The notes: generated from the sequence alone by a model not told the origin. Positions 1-10,715 are shown, counted from the first letter of the stretch. The stretch: DNA of 64,000 nucleotides from an uncultured Dehalococcoidia bacterium (GCA_964343075.1 CAYFGT010000006.1:2016-66015), one strand, 5' to 3'. A program made the numbers and translations.

Positions 1-528
1 CTCCGCACCCAACAGATAATCGCGCACGAATCAGGAATAGCCGATGTTGTAGATCCTCTCGGAGGGTCCTATTACGTCGAGGCCTTGACTAAGGAAATCG
101 AAACTGGAGCACTCGAATACATAAACCAAATAGATGCTATAGGGGGAGCGGTTGCAGCCATTGAAACTGGATTCCAAGCAAATGAAATTGGCGAATCTGC
201 CTACAAACACCAAATAGAAGTAGATAGTAATGACCGCATAGTAGTTGGTGTTAATCAATTCAGTGATCCTACTCCAACAACAGTAGACACCATGGTAATC
301 GATAGTTCCGCAGAGGAGTCCCAAACATTTAAACTCCAAGAATTGAAGAAAACAAGAAAATCAGACGATGTCTCTCAATCTTTGCACAAATTAAGAATAG
401 TGGCACAGGGAACTGAGAACTTGATCCCAGTTATAATTGAATGCGCAGAAAACTTGTGCACCACTGGAGAAATTTCTTCAGTGTTAAGAGAAGTATTTGG
501 GGAACATGATCCGAATAACACTTTCTAG
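1..528 (+). CDS. methylmalonyl-CoA mutase catalytic (large) chain, 5' end outside the window
   Basis: Frame 1 is open from base 1 (LRTQQIIAHESGIADVVDPLGGSYYVEALT...) and runs into the listed 85..528 ORF. The pattern is typical of the C-terminal end of the MCM barrel chain. It stops before any B12-binding domain, which is encoded separately at 10877..11287. Confidence 0.8.
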   Translation, partial: LRTQQIIAHESGIADVVDPLGGSYYVEALTKEIETGALEYINQIDAIGGAVAAIETGFQANEIGESAYKHQIEVDSNDRIVVGVNQFSDPTPTTVDTMVIDSSAEESQTFKLQELKKTRKSDDVSQSLHKLRIVAQGTENLIPVIIECAENLCTTGEISSVLREVFGEHDPNNTF

Positions 529-573
529 CAAACATACCATACGTCCATAAAAACCATTTATTAGGAGGGACTA

Positions 574-1716
574 GTGATACTCACTGAAGAAGAAAAAATG
601 CTCCAAAGCACCGTAAGAGAATTCGCGTTGCAAGAGTTAATACCTAACGCTTTACAAGCAGATCAAACCGAAGAGTTTTGGCATGAATCGTTTAATAAAA
701 TGGCAGAAATTGGCCTGACAGGGATAACCGTCGACTCTGCTTTCGGAGGTAGCGGTGCTGGTTACAGGCAGGCTGCTATCGCAATCGAAGAAGTCGCTAG
801 AGGAGACGCTTCTTCTAGTGTTAATTTAATCGCACACTTATCTTTAAGCACCGCTACACTAAATGAATTTGGCAACCAATTTCAAAAAGACAAATACTTA
901 CGACAGATGGCATCAGGGAAATCTATCGGCGCATGGGCACTGACAGAACCGGGCGGTGGCTCAGATGCGGCAAACATTAGTACCACAGCTACTAGAGATG
1001 GGGATGACTACTTATTAAACGGTAGCAAAATGTTTATTACTAATGCAGATGTTTCAGACTACATGATCGTTTATGCAAAACTAGATAAGGCATCAGATTA
1101 CAAAAGTATCACAGCATTTATCGTAGAAACAAATACCGATGGAATCACTGTGAATCCTCTCAAAGGCAAATTGGGAATGCGATCTTCCACTGCGTCTGAA
1201 ATAGTATTTGATAATGCTAAGGTACCAGTTGAAAACAGATTAGGAGATGAAGGCACCGGATTCAAGAATGCAATGACAATCCTAGATTCAAGTAGAATAT
1301 CTATAGCCGCCCAATGTGTTGGCATTGGACAAGGAGCATTGGACACTGCTATAAATTATGCAAAGTACCGTAACACTTTCGGGAAACCCATCACTCAACA
1401 CCAAGCTATACAATTCATGATCGCCGATATGGCTGCAGCTGTACATTCAGCGCGGGTTGTGACAATGGATGCGGCATCTTTGAAAGATTCTAAATTACCA
1501 TTCTCTAACGAAGCATCAATAGCAAAATTGATTGCATCAGAAATGTGTATTGAAGTTACAAACAAGGCACTACAAATCCATGGAGGTACAGGGTACTTCA
1601 AAGATACTAACATAGAAAGAATATTTCGAGATGCTAGGGTAACAACCATTTACGAGGGCACATCAGAAATACAAAGGTTGATAGTAGCACGGCAGACTCT
1701 TCAACAATATGAATAG
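574..1716 (+). CDS. acyl-CoA dehydrogenase
   Basis: 380 aa with a GTG start. Overall ACAD layout with the C-terminal IYEGTSEIQRLIVAR signature and GGSDAA in the middle domain. Confidence 0.9.
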   Translation: MILTEEEKMLQSTVREFALQELIPNALQADQTEEFWHESFNKMAEIGLTGITVDSAFGGSGAGYRQAAIAIEEVARGDASSSVNLIAHLSLSTATLNEFGNQFQKDKYLRQMASGKSIGAWALTEPGGGSDAANISTTATRDGDDYLLNGSKMFITNADVSDYMIVYAKLDKASDYKSITAFIVETNTDGITVNPLKGKLGMRSSTASEIVFDNAKVPVENRLGDEGTGFKNAMTILDSSRISIAAQCVGIGQGALDTAINYAKYRNTFGKPITQHQAIQFMIADMAAAVHSARVVTMDAASLKDSKLPFSNEASIAKLIASEMCIEVTNKALQIHGGTGYFKDTNIERIFRDARVTTIYEGTSEIQRLIVARQTLQQYE

Positions 1717-1733
1717 GATCAGGATGATTTATT

Positions 1734-2156
1734 ATGGTACATAAATGCGAAATTAATCATATAGACCACGTAGGGATAGCAGTCAAAGATATATATAAAA
1801 GTATCAATTTCTTTACCACAATATTTGACATGCCCAAACCGGAAGTATCAGAAATATTGGACCAACAAGTAAAAGCAACCCTCATTGAAGTAGGGGAAAC
1901 ACGCATAGAATTGCTAGAACCTACACACCCAGACTCACCAGTAGGGAGATTCCTGACCAACAAAGGAGAAGGACTACATCACCTTGCATTAAATGTAGAG
2001 TCTATTTCAGAGAAAATCGACGTTCTGAAACAACTTGATATAGACCTTATCGATCAAACCCCAAGAGAAGGTCTATCAGGAACAATAGCTTTCATCCATC
2101 CTAAAGCTGTCTTTGGTGTTTTAACTGAATTAGTAGAATCGGACATTTCAGAATAA
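1734..2156 (+). CDS. mce: methylmalonyl-CoA epimerase (VOC/glyoxalase fold)
   Basis: 140 aa. HIDHVGIAVKD and GLHHLALNV metal-ligand motifs. Sits next to MCM and ACAD genes. Confidence 0.7.
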   Translation: MVHKCEINHIDHVGIAVKDIYKSINFFTTIFDMPKPEVSEILDQQVKATLIEVGETRIELLEPTHPDSPVGRFLTNKGEGLHHLALNVESISEKIDVLKQLDIDLIDQTPREGLSGTIAFIHPKAVFGVLTELVESDISE

Positions 2157-2160
2157 TCTG

Positions 2161-3102
2161 ATGCCGAGTTTCTTAGTTCATGGGAATGACTTTTTAGTAG
2201 CTCAAGAAGTTAAAAGTATCGAACGAGACTTTGGAGCTGATGACCTTCTAGAGGGTAATAAAACCTTATTTGATTCCTCTAGTTTCAGTATTCCTAATTT
2301 CCAACAAGTAACTCAAGCTTTACCCTTCATGGACGTGATCAGGTTAGTGATCCTCGAGGATGTGGTAAAAAACAATACTACTGTAGGTACTTCTATTATA
2401 GATCAACTTGATAGCTTCCCCGACTCCACTTTGTTAATTATTAAAGAGCACACTAACAAAATTAATTCCTCTTTATCAAAAATTGATCCTAATAAGTTAA
2501 TCGTACGGAATGTACAAGGTCCCTCCAACAACCGAGAACTTCATCAGTGGATCAAAGAACACGCACAAGATCGTGCTATACCCATAAGTCCTTCCGGGAT
2601 CACAGCACTAGCGAATCACGTGGGGCTGAATTTATGGAACATGACTAACGAACTGGAAAAACTCAGCCTGTATACACAAGGATCACAAATTACCGATGCA
2701 GAAGTCAAAGAATTGGTTCATTCCACCGAGGACATTAATTTGTTCGGAACGATTGATGCGGTCATAGAACAGAAACGTGCCATCGCATTTCACAATATAA
2801 ACACATTACTTGAAGATGGCCATGATACAAACAGCATCATACGTCTAATTGGTAGACAATTACGACTAATAGCTACAGCAAAAGCACTGTTAAATTCCAA
2901 CACATCACATACTGACCTGAAACAAAAATTAGGAATCAATTCAAATTTCATCGTAGACAAAGTATTGTCTCAAAGCAAACAAATACCGTTGACTAACCTA
3001 CTTTATATGTTTGAATGCCTTACCCAAGCAGATATAGATATAAAATCTGGAGTTGTCGAAGGACCTGTAGCCATCGATATCTTCCTCAACAAGATTACTT
3101 GA
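2161..3102 (+). CDS. holA: DNA polymerase III delta subunit
   Basis: 313 aa. The N-terminal FLVHGNDFLV, the central ELEKLSLY...ITDAEVKELV and the C-terminal helical region match the usual HolA pattern. Confidence 0.6.
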   Translation: MPSFLVHGNDFLVAQEVKSIERDFGADDLLEGNKTLFDSSSFSIPNFQQVTQALPFMDVIRLVILEDVVKNNTTVGTSIIDQLDSFPDSTLLIIKEHTNKINSSLSKIDPNKLIVRNVQGPSNNRELHQWIKEHAQDRAIPISPSGITALANHVGLNLWNMTNELEKLSLYTQGSQITDAEVKELVHSTEDINLFGTIDAVIEQKRAIAFHNINTLLEDGHDTNSIIRLIGRQLRLIATAKALLNSNTSHTDLKQKLGINSNFIVDKVLSQSKQIPLTNLLYMFECLTQADIDIKSGVVEGPVAIDIFLNKIT

Positions 3103-3107
3103 CGTAA

Positions 3108-3755
3108 TCACAGTACAACAGGCGCAATTTTACCACCTTTCAATCCTTGGATTAAATCTTCCAATTGGTGTACATCATGTTCAAAAAACGTACAAGCCTT
3201 GCCAATATCATTCAAATTATGTGCATCACTTCCACCCGTCATTGGTAAACCTGTAGCCTTTGCCAATTGGGCAGAAAAGGCATTCTCTTCGTTAGTCCCT
3301 CTACCATTAACCCCTTCTATGGCGTCACAAATGTCAAATAGTGGATCACATTTGGCCTCGTTGAGCCGGTAATCTATCAAAGATTGATCCATATCTTTCA
3401 ATAATCTTCGGCGATAAGGATGCGCAGCCACCATTGCTCCACCGACCTTTGACACGCATTGAGCCAAGAAATCAATTTTATGCATTCCAAAAACGTATTC
3501 TCTCAATCCAAATACTAAGACATGCCCATTATCGGTATTGATTTCTGATCCTGGTAGGACTAGCAGTCCGTGTCGTTTACTTAAACGCCTAGCTTCTTCT
3601 GAAGGCCAAAAAGTATCATGCTCTGTCAGACATACAGCGTCAATATTAGCCTGCCTACACAAATCAATCAGAATATCTACACCCAATACACTGTCATCAG
3701 ACTTAGGGAAAGTATGGTTATGCAAGTCGATTAACATCCCCATATTATAAGGCAC
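3108..3755 (-). CDS. PHP-domain metal-dependent phosphoesterase
   Basis: 215 aa with a GTG start. IDLHNHT near the N-terminus, then TEHD and GGSDAH motifs of the PHP fold. Confidence 0.7.
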   Translation of the reverse strand: MPYNMGMLIDLHNHTFPKSDDSVLGVDILIDLCRQANIDAVCLTEHDTFWPSEEARRLSKRHGLLVLPGSEINTDNGHVLVFGLREYVFGMHKIDFLAQCVSKVGGAMVAAHPYRRRLLKDMDQSLIDYRLNEAKCDPLFDICDAIEGVNGRGTNEENAFSAQLAKATGLPMTGGSDAHNLNDIGKACTFFEHDVHQLEDLIQGLKGGKIAPVVL

Positions 3756-3767
3756 GATCCATGAGGA

Positions 3768-5963
3768 TCAGAAACTCATGTTAACCAAACCTTCCTCTTC
3801 AAGTATATTAATAATCCTACTTGCTTTAGTAGACCCAATCCTGAGCTGGCGCTCCAAATGTGAACTGCTTAAACTTGGGTATCTGACTGCCAGTTTTCTC
3901 GATTCATCCAGCAATTTGGTATCTATTACTTCATCGTCATCATCATCAGAGAAATCCATAGGTAAAGGCAAAAGTTCTGGACCATCTTGATTAACCCAAT
4001 ACTTAACCATAGCGTTTATTTCACTGTCTTTAACCAATGTTCCTTGAACTCGCTTAGGTTTAGGTGATGAGTTACTTAGTAATAACATGTCTCCTTGACC
4101 AAGTAGTTTTTCTGCTCCAACAGTATCTAATATCACTCTAGAATCCACATTAGAAGCTACCGCAAATGCAACTCTTCCTGGTATGTTCGCCTTTAATAAC
4201 CCTGTAACAACTTGTACTGACGGTCTTTGCGTTGCTAATACCAAATGAATCCCTGTCGCTCTTCCTAATTGAGCCAATCTAACCAAATTATGCTCTACAT
4301 CCCCCGATGCTGACATCATCAAATCCGCAAGTTCGTCCACAACTAGAACTAGATAAGGCAATTGTTCTTCTTGTTTGGTCTTCTTGTTATAAGCGGTGAT
4401 GTTCCTGCTACCCGCATCTTCCATTAATCTGTATCTTCTGAACATCTCTCGCATCAATCCTTTGAGACCTCCCGATACCTCATCGGTATCTACAATCACC
4501 GGTTTTACAAGGTGTGGAAGCCCATTAAACGGCGTCAATTCAACGCGTTTTGGATCAATCATTAACATTCGCAGCTTATCGGGACCTTGTGTAAGCAACA
4601 GAGAAGCTATCAAGGAATTGATGCACACACTTTTCCCACTACCTGTAGAACCTGCAATAAGTAGGTGTGGTAGTGTAGCTAAATCCAAAGACACAGGTTG
4701 TCCTCCTGTGTCTTGACCCAAAGCTATAGGGAGGCCACCAGACTGTGTCATTTTTACAAATTCCTCTGAAGAGGTAACCAAACTTAATGGTACTTTAGCT
4801 GGTGCAGGGTTAGGCACTTCCAATCCTATAATTGGTTCTCCTGGCACAGGGGCTTCTATTCTTATGTATGGGGTTTGAAGAGCCAGTGCTAAATCTTTTT
4901 CCCTACTAACAATACTTTGCACTTTTACTCTATTTTTCTCTTTTGGATCCATTCCTGGAGATTTCAGAGACCACCCAGGTACCAATCCAAACCGAACTAT
5001 CCGCGGTCCAGCTTTTATATCATTAACCTTAACCTGAACTCCATGATCCAACAAAGTTTGTTCAATTATTTCTTTCATCTTTTCTAGGGGTGCAGTACTT
5101 GTTGTTTTCCGCTCTGGGGATGATAAAAGACTATCATCAGGGGGCGTCCAACCAGATTTTTTATTTGGAACAACACTTTTAGAAGCTGTAGAAATACCAG
5201 TTGAAAGCATGGGTTTTTTAATCAGTTTCCTGTTTTCATTCTGTTTACGCCTAACAACATTTGGGATGACCATATTATTAATAGTTTGATTCGAACTATC
5301 TATGACCTCTTCAGAGTTTGAAGACCCCCTAGATACAAGTTTGGGGGAGGATAAACTAACTTTTTTCATGTCTATACTGCTTATTGTTTTAGGTGTTTTT
5401 ACCCCAATTTTGATGATAACACTAGTCAGCTTCACTCCCCCATTAGTAGCTAGTTTTACGAGATCCAACAATATTTTCGAGCTGACCACACAAGCATTCA
5501 GATATAGCTTAAAAGTATTTCTCCATCGTACCACCATTGGTAGAAGTAACAAGATACCAATAAACAATCCCAACCTCACCAGTGGGTTTACGAGTCCTAA
5601 TTGTATTATCCATCCACCAAAAAAGGTCATATACGACGCATTATCATAATAGGTAGACTGCCACAATGAGGCTAAAGTGTATCCTCCTCCGAACAACACA
5701 ATTGTAAATATCCATATCTTCTTGAATTTCCATGCAAATTTAGGGCTAATTCGTAATACTAGCCCTAGAGATATCGTCCATACCCCTACATAAAACCACA
5801 ACAGCCCAAGAGTATCTAGAAATATAATTTGGACTGGTTGTATAAAAACAATCCCTCCAACTACGACAGCTAATACCACTAACCACAATAAAATTTTCCG
5901 TATGTTAAACACAGAAACAACCTTGCTAACATTTGCCACCGTGTTATTCAATGAACCTAACAT
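3768..5963 (-). CDS. ftsK: DNA translocase FtsK/SpoIIIE
   Basis: 731 aa. N-terminal multi-TM region, low-complexity linker, Walker A GSTGSGKSV, Walker B VVDELADLMM, and a C-terminal winged-helix gamma-like tail. Confidence 0.9.
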   Translation of the reverse strand: MLGSLNNTVANVSKVVSVFNIRKILLWLVVLAVVVGGIVFIQPVQIIFLDTLGLLWFYVGVWTISLGLVLRISPKFAWKFKKIWIFTIVLFGGGYTLASLWQSTYYDNASYMTFFGGWIIQLGLVNPLVRLGLFIGILLLLPMVVRWRNTFKLYLNACVVSSKILLDLVKLATNGGVKLTSVIIKIGVKTPKTISSIDMKKVSLSSPKLVSRGSSNSEEVIDSSNQTINNMVIPNVVRRKQNENRKLIKKPMLSTGISTASKSVVPNKKSGWTPPDDSLLSSPERKTTSTAPLEKMKEIIEQTLLDHGVQVKVNDIKAGPRIVRFGLVPGWSLKSPGMDPKEKNRVKVQSIVSREKDLALALQTPYIRIEAPVPGEPIIGLEVPNPAPAKVPLSLVTSSEEFVKMTQSGGLPIALGQDTGGQPVSLDLATLPHLLIAGSTGSGKSVCINSLIASLLLTQGPDKLRMLMIDPKRVELTPFNGLPHLVKPVIVDTDEVSGGLKGLMREMFRRYRLMEDAGSRNITAYNKKTKQEEQLPYLVLVVDELADLMMSASGDVEHNLVRLAQLGRATGIHLVLATQRPSVQVVTGLLKANIPGRVAFAVASNVDSRVILDTVGAEKLLGQGDMLLLSNSSPKPKRVQGTLVKDSEINAMVKYWVNQDGPELLPLPMDFSDDDDDEVIDTKLLDESRKLAVRYPSLSSSHLERQLRIGSTKASRIINILEEEGLVNMSF

Positions 5964-6046
5964 AAAATCTAGCCAATCACATTTGTTGATATTGATTATG
6001 TTAACAGACGATAATTATCCTAGTCTTACGATTTAATGCCATATTT

Positions 6047-7681
6047 TTACGAAAAAACGACATTACAGACAAGTTTTGGGTAAACTTGGTACATTTTGTA
6101 AATAATATTGCGGATAAATTCATCTAATAAGTCTATATCAGACTCTGAATTATCTATTAATCTGAGTATTTCGTCTTGTTTATCATGAATAGCCATTTCT
6201 ATATCTTGGGTGAATGAAGTTTTATCGTTCTGACGAACAACACCGAATTCCAAACACTCGGGACGTAGTTCATCTTGCCGTGTCACGTTTATGTTAATCA
6301 CACATAATCCGGAATTCGATACAGCGTCTCGTTCTTTCTGAAGACCTGCACACCCATCATACATTCTTCGGCCTTTCGTCCAAACTTCTTTTAAAACTAG
6401 CTTGCCTTCAATCCGAAAACCTGATGAGTCCAGAGCACCGATATCTCCATCAAGCATCAGAAATGCTCTATCATGATTTAATCCTGCATCCTGAGCAATC
6501 TTATGATGTTGAACCAAGTGTTTATGTTCTCCGTGAATTGGCACAAAATATTTAGGTTTAATCGTGTTAATCACCCAAGATAATTCATCTCTTGCAGCAT
6601 GACCGTGAACATGCACTTTCTGTAGTGGTTCATAAACTACATTCTCACAATTGCCAACTAATTTATTGATAATATCCGAAACTTTTTTCTCATTTCCTGG
6701 TATCACACCAGAAGAAAGAATCACCGTGTCATATCTCTCCAGGCTCAATCCATCTAAATCATTATTCGCCAACCTAACCAAAGCAGACCGTGGTTCTCCC
6801 TGACTGCCAGTCATAACAATCACTGCTTCTGAAGCTTTAATTGTCCCCACTCTCTTCAAATTCACCACAGTTCCAGTTTGAGCTTTCAGATACCCATGAG
6901 AAAATGCTATGTCCGTGTATTTGATCATACTTCTACCCACAAAACACACCTTTTTGTTGTATCTTTCAGCAATGTCTATAATCCGTTGTACCCGACGGAT
7001 CAACGAAGAAAAAGTAGAAAAAATACACCTCCCAGGCGCATTCTTTATAATGTCATCCAAAGGTTTCTCTAAGATATCTTCAGACTCTGTTATCCCCGGA
7101 ATTTCTGCATATGTAGAGTCAGACATAAGAAGTGTGACATCTTCTTGCCCCAAACGCTCCAAATACGAACGGTCTGTGATTTGGTACGTATTATCTTCAA
7201 AATCTAATTTGAAGTCTCCTGTGTGAATCATCTTACCTAAAGGAGTTTCCAAACAAATCCCCATAGAATCCGGGATACTGTGGCTCATCGAGAACCACAA
7301 CGCAGAAATATCATCAGTGATTTGATACTCAGTCTTTGGATTTACAACGATGATTTCATTCTTGAATTTAGTTTCTTTATTTAATAATAAAGCGGCAAAC
7401 TTAGGTGCGTATATGCGGCATTTCCAGACAGATTCTAGAAACCTCAAAGCTCCAATATGATCTTCATGTCCATGGGTAATCAACACAGAAATAGGTTTCC
7501 CTGTATCCATCAAGTACTGAACATCAGGTATTATGAGATCAACACCTTTGAGATCTTCCGACGGAAATTGCAACCCACAATCCACAACAACCACTTGGTC
7601 AGGTGTTTCAATTGCCATCATATTCTTACCTATTTCACCCAGTCCACCAAACGGGATTATTTTATACTTTATTTCTGTCAT
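6047..7681 (-). CDS. rnj: ribonuclease J
   Basis: 544 aa. Metallo-beta-lactamase HGHEDHIG motif, beta-CASP region and a C-terminal domain. Confidence 0.9.
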   Translation of the reverse strand: MTEIKYKIIPFGGLGEIGKNMMAIETPDQVVVVDCGLQFPSEDLKGVDLIIPDVQYLMDTGKPISVLITHGHEDHIGALRFLESVWKCRIYAPKFAALLLNKETKFKNEIIVVNPKTEYQITDDISALWFSMSHSIPDSMGICLETPLGKMIHTGDFKLDFEDNTYQITDRSYLERLGQEDVTLLMSDSTYAEIPGITESEDILEKPLDDIIKNAPGRCIFSTFSSLIRRVQRIIDIAERYNKKVCFVGRSMIKYTDIAFSHGYLKAQTGTVVNLKRVGTIKASEAVIVMTGSQGEPRSALVRLANNDLDGLSLERYDTVILSSGVIPGNEKKVSDIINKLVGNCENVVYEPLQKVHVHGHAARDELSWVINTIKPKYFVPIHGEHKHLVQHHKIAQDAGLNHDRAFLMLDGDIGALDSSGFRIEGKLVLKEVWTKGRRMYDGCAGLQKERDAVSNSGLCVININVTRQDELRPECLEFGVVRQNDKTSFTQDIEMAIHDKQDEILRLIDNSESDIDLLDEFIRNIIYKMYQVYPKLVCNVVFS

Positions 7682-7708
7682 AACAATTTCGTCTGATTGT
7701 CACCTTTA

Positions 7709-8293
7709 TTACGGTTCATTTCCTTTGGATAATGCATACAATGTTCTTGGTATATTAGAGATATCGCGTCTCAACCTTTCTCTAAATTCCGTTCTTCTTA
7801 ATGCAGCAGCAGGATGTAATACAGGGTAAATATTTCTTCCTTTAATCTTTTGAACCTGGCCCGCTATCTTAGTTATGGAACCATCAGTTATGAAATAATT
7901 CATGGCAAACCTTCCTAGCGGAACAATCAGCAATGGGTCTATTAATTCTATTTGTTCAGCCAAATAAACCTCACACTGACTGATTTCTATCAAGGAAGGG
8001 TCTCGATTCTTAGGAGGTCGGCATTTAACGATATTAGTGATGAAGACGGACTCTCGTGACAGTTCAATTTCTTCTAGTAAATGAGTCAATAATTTTCCGG
8101 CAGCACCTACAAAAGGCAGCCCCAAAGCATCTTCATTGTAACCTGGAGCTTCCCCAATAAACATCACAGAAGCGTTTACTGCCCCCACTCCAGGAACTGC
8201 ATTGCTGCGATGGTTACATAATTCACAATTCCTACAAATTAGAATTTGCTCTGAGAGATTATTTAGGTATTGTCGTTTAGAATGTTCTGTCAC
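7709..8293 (-). CDS. family 4 uracil-DNA glycosylase (Fe-S type)
   Basis: 194 aa. N-terminal Cys cluster CRNCELC, GEAPGYNED motif A, HPAAALR motif B. Confidence 0.85.
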   Translation of the reverse strand: MTEHSKRQYLNNLSEQILICRNCELCNHRSNAVPGVGAVNASVMFIGEAPGYNEDALGLPFVGAAGKLLTHLLEEIELSRESVFITNIVKCRPPKNRDPSLIEISQCEVYLAEQIELIDPLLIVPLGRFAMNYFITDGSITKIAGQVQKIKGRNIYPVLHPAAALRRTEFRERLRRDISNIPRTLYALSKGNEP

Positions 8294-8310
8294 AACCTAA
8301 AACTAATCAA

Positions 8311-8568
8311 TTAATCGTCTATTCCAGCGTCTTTCAGATATGAAACCGCATCACCAACGGTTAGTATTGTTGCGGCATCTTCATCAGAAATCTCAACCGC
8401 GTTATCATCAGAGGAAAACTCTTCTTCGAAAGCCATAATTAATTCGACCAAATCCAATGAGTCTGCATTTAAATCCTCAACGAAAGAAGCAGATTCAGTG
8501 ATATCATCTTCATCTACTCCAAGCTTATCTGCTACGATATCTTTGATTCTTTCGTAAATACTTGCCAT
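8311..8568 (-). CDS. acpP: acyl carrier protein
   Basis: 85 aa, acidic, with the phosphopantetheine site [11 protein letters not shown]. Confidence 0.9.
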   Translation of the reverse strand: MASIYERIKDIVADKLGVDEDDITESASFVEDLNADSLDLVELIMAFEEEFSSDDNAVEISDEDAATILTVGDAVSYLKDAGIDD

Positions 8569-8592
8569 GTTTACACCTCAGTTTGAATTTAT

Positions 8593-9018
8593 TTATCCTA
8601 TAATTTCTTCTATTACAGATCCAAGAACTCCGTTTACAAACTTGTATGAGTTCTCACTTCCGTATTTTTTAGCCATTTCAACTGCTTCATTCACTGCAAC
8701 TTTAGTTGGTACACTGTCAATATATATAATCTCTAGAACAGCGATTCGTAGAATATTCTTGTCTACATGAGACAATTTTTCTACTGGCCAAGTCGCAACA
8801 TGTTTGTTTATTATGAAATCTAGATCTTTTTTATTCTCCACTACTAATTTCGCAAGATCAGCGGATAAAAGTTCCCCGACATCATCAGCATGTTTCTCAA
8901 CTTCAGTAGGAAGTTGGGAACTATACGAATCTTTTCTAAATTCCTCCGCGTACAATTTTTGCAGAGTCAATTCTCTAGCTTTTTTCTTGTCTGGTATACT
9001 CGCTCTTGTCATTAACAT
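8593..9018 (-). CDS. nusB: transcription antitermination factor NusB
   Basis: 141 aa. NusB-like helical pattern (REL.LQ.LY....; AVNEAVEMAKKYG). Confidence 0.85.
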   Translation of the reverse strand: MLMTRASIPDKKKARELTLQKLYAEEFRKDSYSSQLPTEVEKHADDVGELLSADLAKLVVENKKDLDFIINKHVATWPVEKLSHVDKNILRIAVLEIIYIDSVPTKVAVNEAVEMAKKYGSENSYKFVNGVLGSVIEEIIG

Positions 9019-9032
9019 TATTTAATTACTTC

Positions 9033-9974
9033 TCATGAACGCGAATCAACGAATTGCTCTAACGTTTTCACACTTGATATAGAGTCCACAGTAACTTCTT
9101 TATTTATGCGCTTAATCAAACTGGACAGAACCCTGCTAGGACCGAACTCAATAAAATTATTTACTCCAGTATCAACCATGTATTGTATTGAATCTTTCCA
9201 TTGCACACAGCTACATAATCCATTTAACAATTCTTGTTTTATGTCCTCTGCGCTGTTTACTGGGAGCCCAGTTGAATTAGCAATTATTGGAATCTGCGGA
9301 TCACAAAATTCCATATCATCTAAAATTTTTGCCAACCCATCACTCGCATATTCCATTAAAGATGAGTGAAACGCCCCACTAACAGGCAGTGAAATCACTT
9401 TTCTAGCTCCCATGTCCGAAGCGGATTGTATGGCATCCTCAACACATCGAACTTCACCGCTTATAACGATTTGGTCACTAGAGTTTATATTAGCTATCTC
9501 AGCGCCAGTTTGATTACATAAGATATCAACTTGTTCTTCATTAAGACCAATTATCGCTGCCATCGTACCAGGTCTCGCTACTGATGCATCATGCATTAAA
9601 CGACCACGCTCTTGCACTAATTTAAGACCATCAGAATAACTTATCACACCAGCCATAACTAAAGAGGTGTACTCACCCAAACTATGCCCAGCAGAACATT
9701 GGACTTTAAGATTGCTCTCGCCTAGCGCTTCGTTCAATACTCTCCAGCACGCAACACTCACCGCCAAGATAGCGGGTTGCGAACAGCTCGTATCTTCTAA
9801 ATCTTTATCTGGACCATTGAACATAAGTTCGGACAACTTATAACCTAGCGTTTCATCTGCTTCCCGAAAAACTTCTTCCGCTATCCTATAGTTGTCATTC
9901 AGATCTTTGCCCATTCCAACTACTTGTGAGCCCTGCCCAGGGAAAACTGTTGACACCAACATTTCAGTTTCCAT
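9033..9974 (-). CDS. fabD: malonyl CoA-ACP transacylase
   Basis: 313 aa. FPGQGSQ and the GHSLGEY active-site serine motif. Confidence 0.9.
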   Translation of the reverse strand: METEMLVSTVFPGQGSQVVGMGKDLNDNYRIAEEVFREADETLGYKLSELMFNGPDKDLEDTSCSQPAILAVSVACWRVLNEALGESNLKVQCSAGHSLGEYTSLVMAGVISYSDGLKLVQERGRLMHDASVARPGTMAAIIGLNEEQVDILCNQTGAEIANINSSDQIVISGEVRCVEDAIQSASDMGARKVISLPVSGAFHSSLMEYASDGLAKILDDMEFCDPQIPIIANSTGLPVNSAEDIKQELLNGLCSCVQWKDSIQYMVDTGVNNFIEFGPSRVLSSLIKRINKEVTVDSISSVKTLEQFVDSRS

Positions 9975-10023
9975 TCATACACTCCATCTGCCATCAATCC
10001 TAAAACACATTTCTTAAGATCAA

Positions 10024-10200
10024 TTAGACTTCGATAACCTGTCTACCTCTATAGTATCCACAATGTTGGCATGCCACATGAGGCAGTTTAGCATTTTGAC
10101 ATCTATTACAACTAATTTTATTAACCCTAGCGAGCCTATAAGAACTAAGTCTCCTGCCTCTTCTGGCTCTAGTTATTTTCTTTTTTGGTAATGCTCCCAT
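10024..10200 (-). CDS. rpmF: 50S ribosomal protein L32
   Basis: Not in the ORF track because it is only 58 aa. My own translation reads MGALPKKKITRARRGRRLSSYRLARVNKISCNRCQNAKLPHVACQHCGYYRGRQVIEV. AGGA lies 7-8 nt upstream and the gene sits directly downstream of yceD, as in most bacteria. Confidence 0.85.
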   Translation of the reverse strand: MGALPKKKITRARRGRRLSSYRLARVNKISCNRCQNAKLPHVACQHCGYYRGRQVIEV

Positions 10201-10214
10201 TTTTCATCCTACTT

Positions 10215-10715
10215 TTATAAATTCTCTTTAGTTAATTCTATCAAAGCGTTCCATCTAGGATCAGTTGGCCGCTCCTCACATTCGCAATCTAACTCATTCA
10301 AACTTATGCCACATAAAGAGCATATCCCTTTACAAGCTGTTGAACAAAGTAATTTTATATCGTTTGCAACTATAGCAGATTGTCGTATTAATTCTTCTAC
10401 ATCCAGTTCATGTTTCTCATCAATCAGAAAGCCATCATGCTCAATTTCGTTCGCTATTAGATCCAAAATTGAAACGAATTCTTGCTCCCCCTGAATATCC
10501 ACGACATATTCGAACTCATTCACGCATCTACTACAAAACCCTTTCATTTTTCCTGTGCCTGTCACATTCACCCAAATACCTTCATGCATTTTGCACATAT
10601 TTATTATCATTCCATTCGAAACAAGAATGTTCTCAATCAAATAATCTTCTTCTGTAACGAATTGAGAAGATGTCCCTGTCGGGCTTAATAACATTTGTGA
10701 TACGTTATATTTCAT
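10215..10715 (-). CDS. YceD/DUF177 family protein (start moved to internal ATG)
   Basis: The conserved position upstream of rpmF and the C-terminal CxxxCxGxC...C.C cluster are typical of DUF177. The first 29 codons of the listed ORF look like a spurious extension, and MKYNVSQ is a plausible N-terminus. Confidence 0.7.
   Translation of the reverse strand: MKYNVSQMLLSPTGTSSQFVTEEDYLIENILVSNGMIINMCKMHEGIWVNVTGTGKMKGFCSRCVNEFEYVVDIQGEQEFVSILDLIANEIEHDGFLIDEKHELDVEELIRQSAIVANDIKLLCSTACKGICSLCGISLNELDCECEERPTDPRWNALIELTKENL

Noticed and set aside
3756-3770. The ftsK stop is TGA and the downstream PHP-domain ORF is in the same frame 12 nt later.
   Set aside because: FtsK ends with a normal gamma-domain tail, and the PHP protein begins with its canonical N-terminal M.IDLHNHT motif. 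A fusion or Sec codon has no biological rationale here, so this is coincidental phasing.
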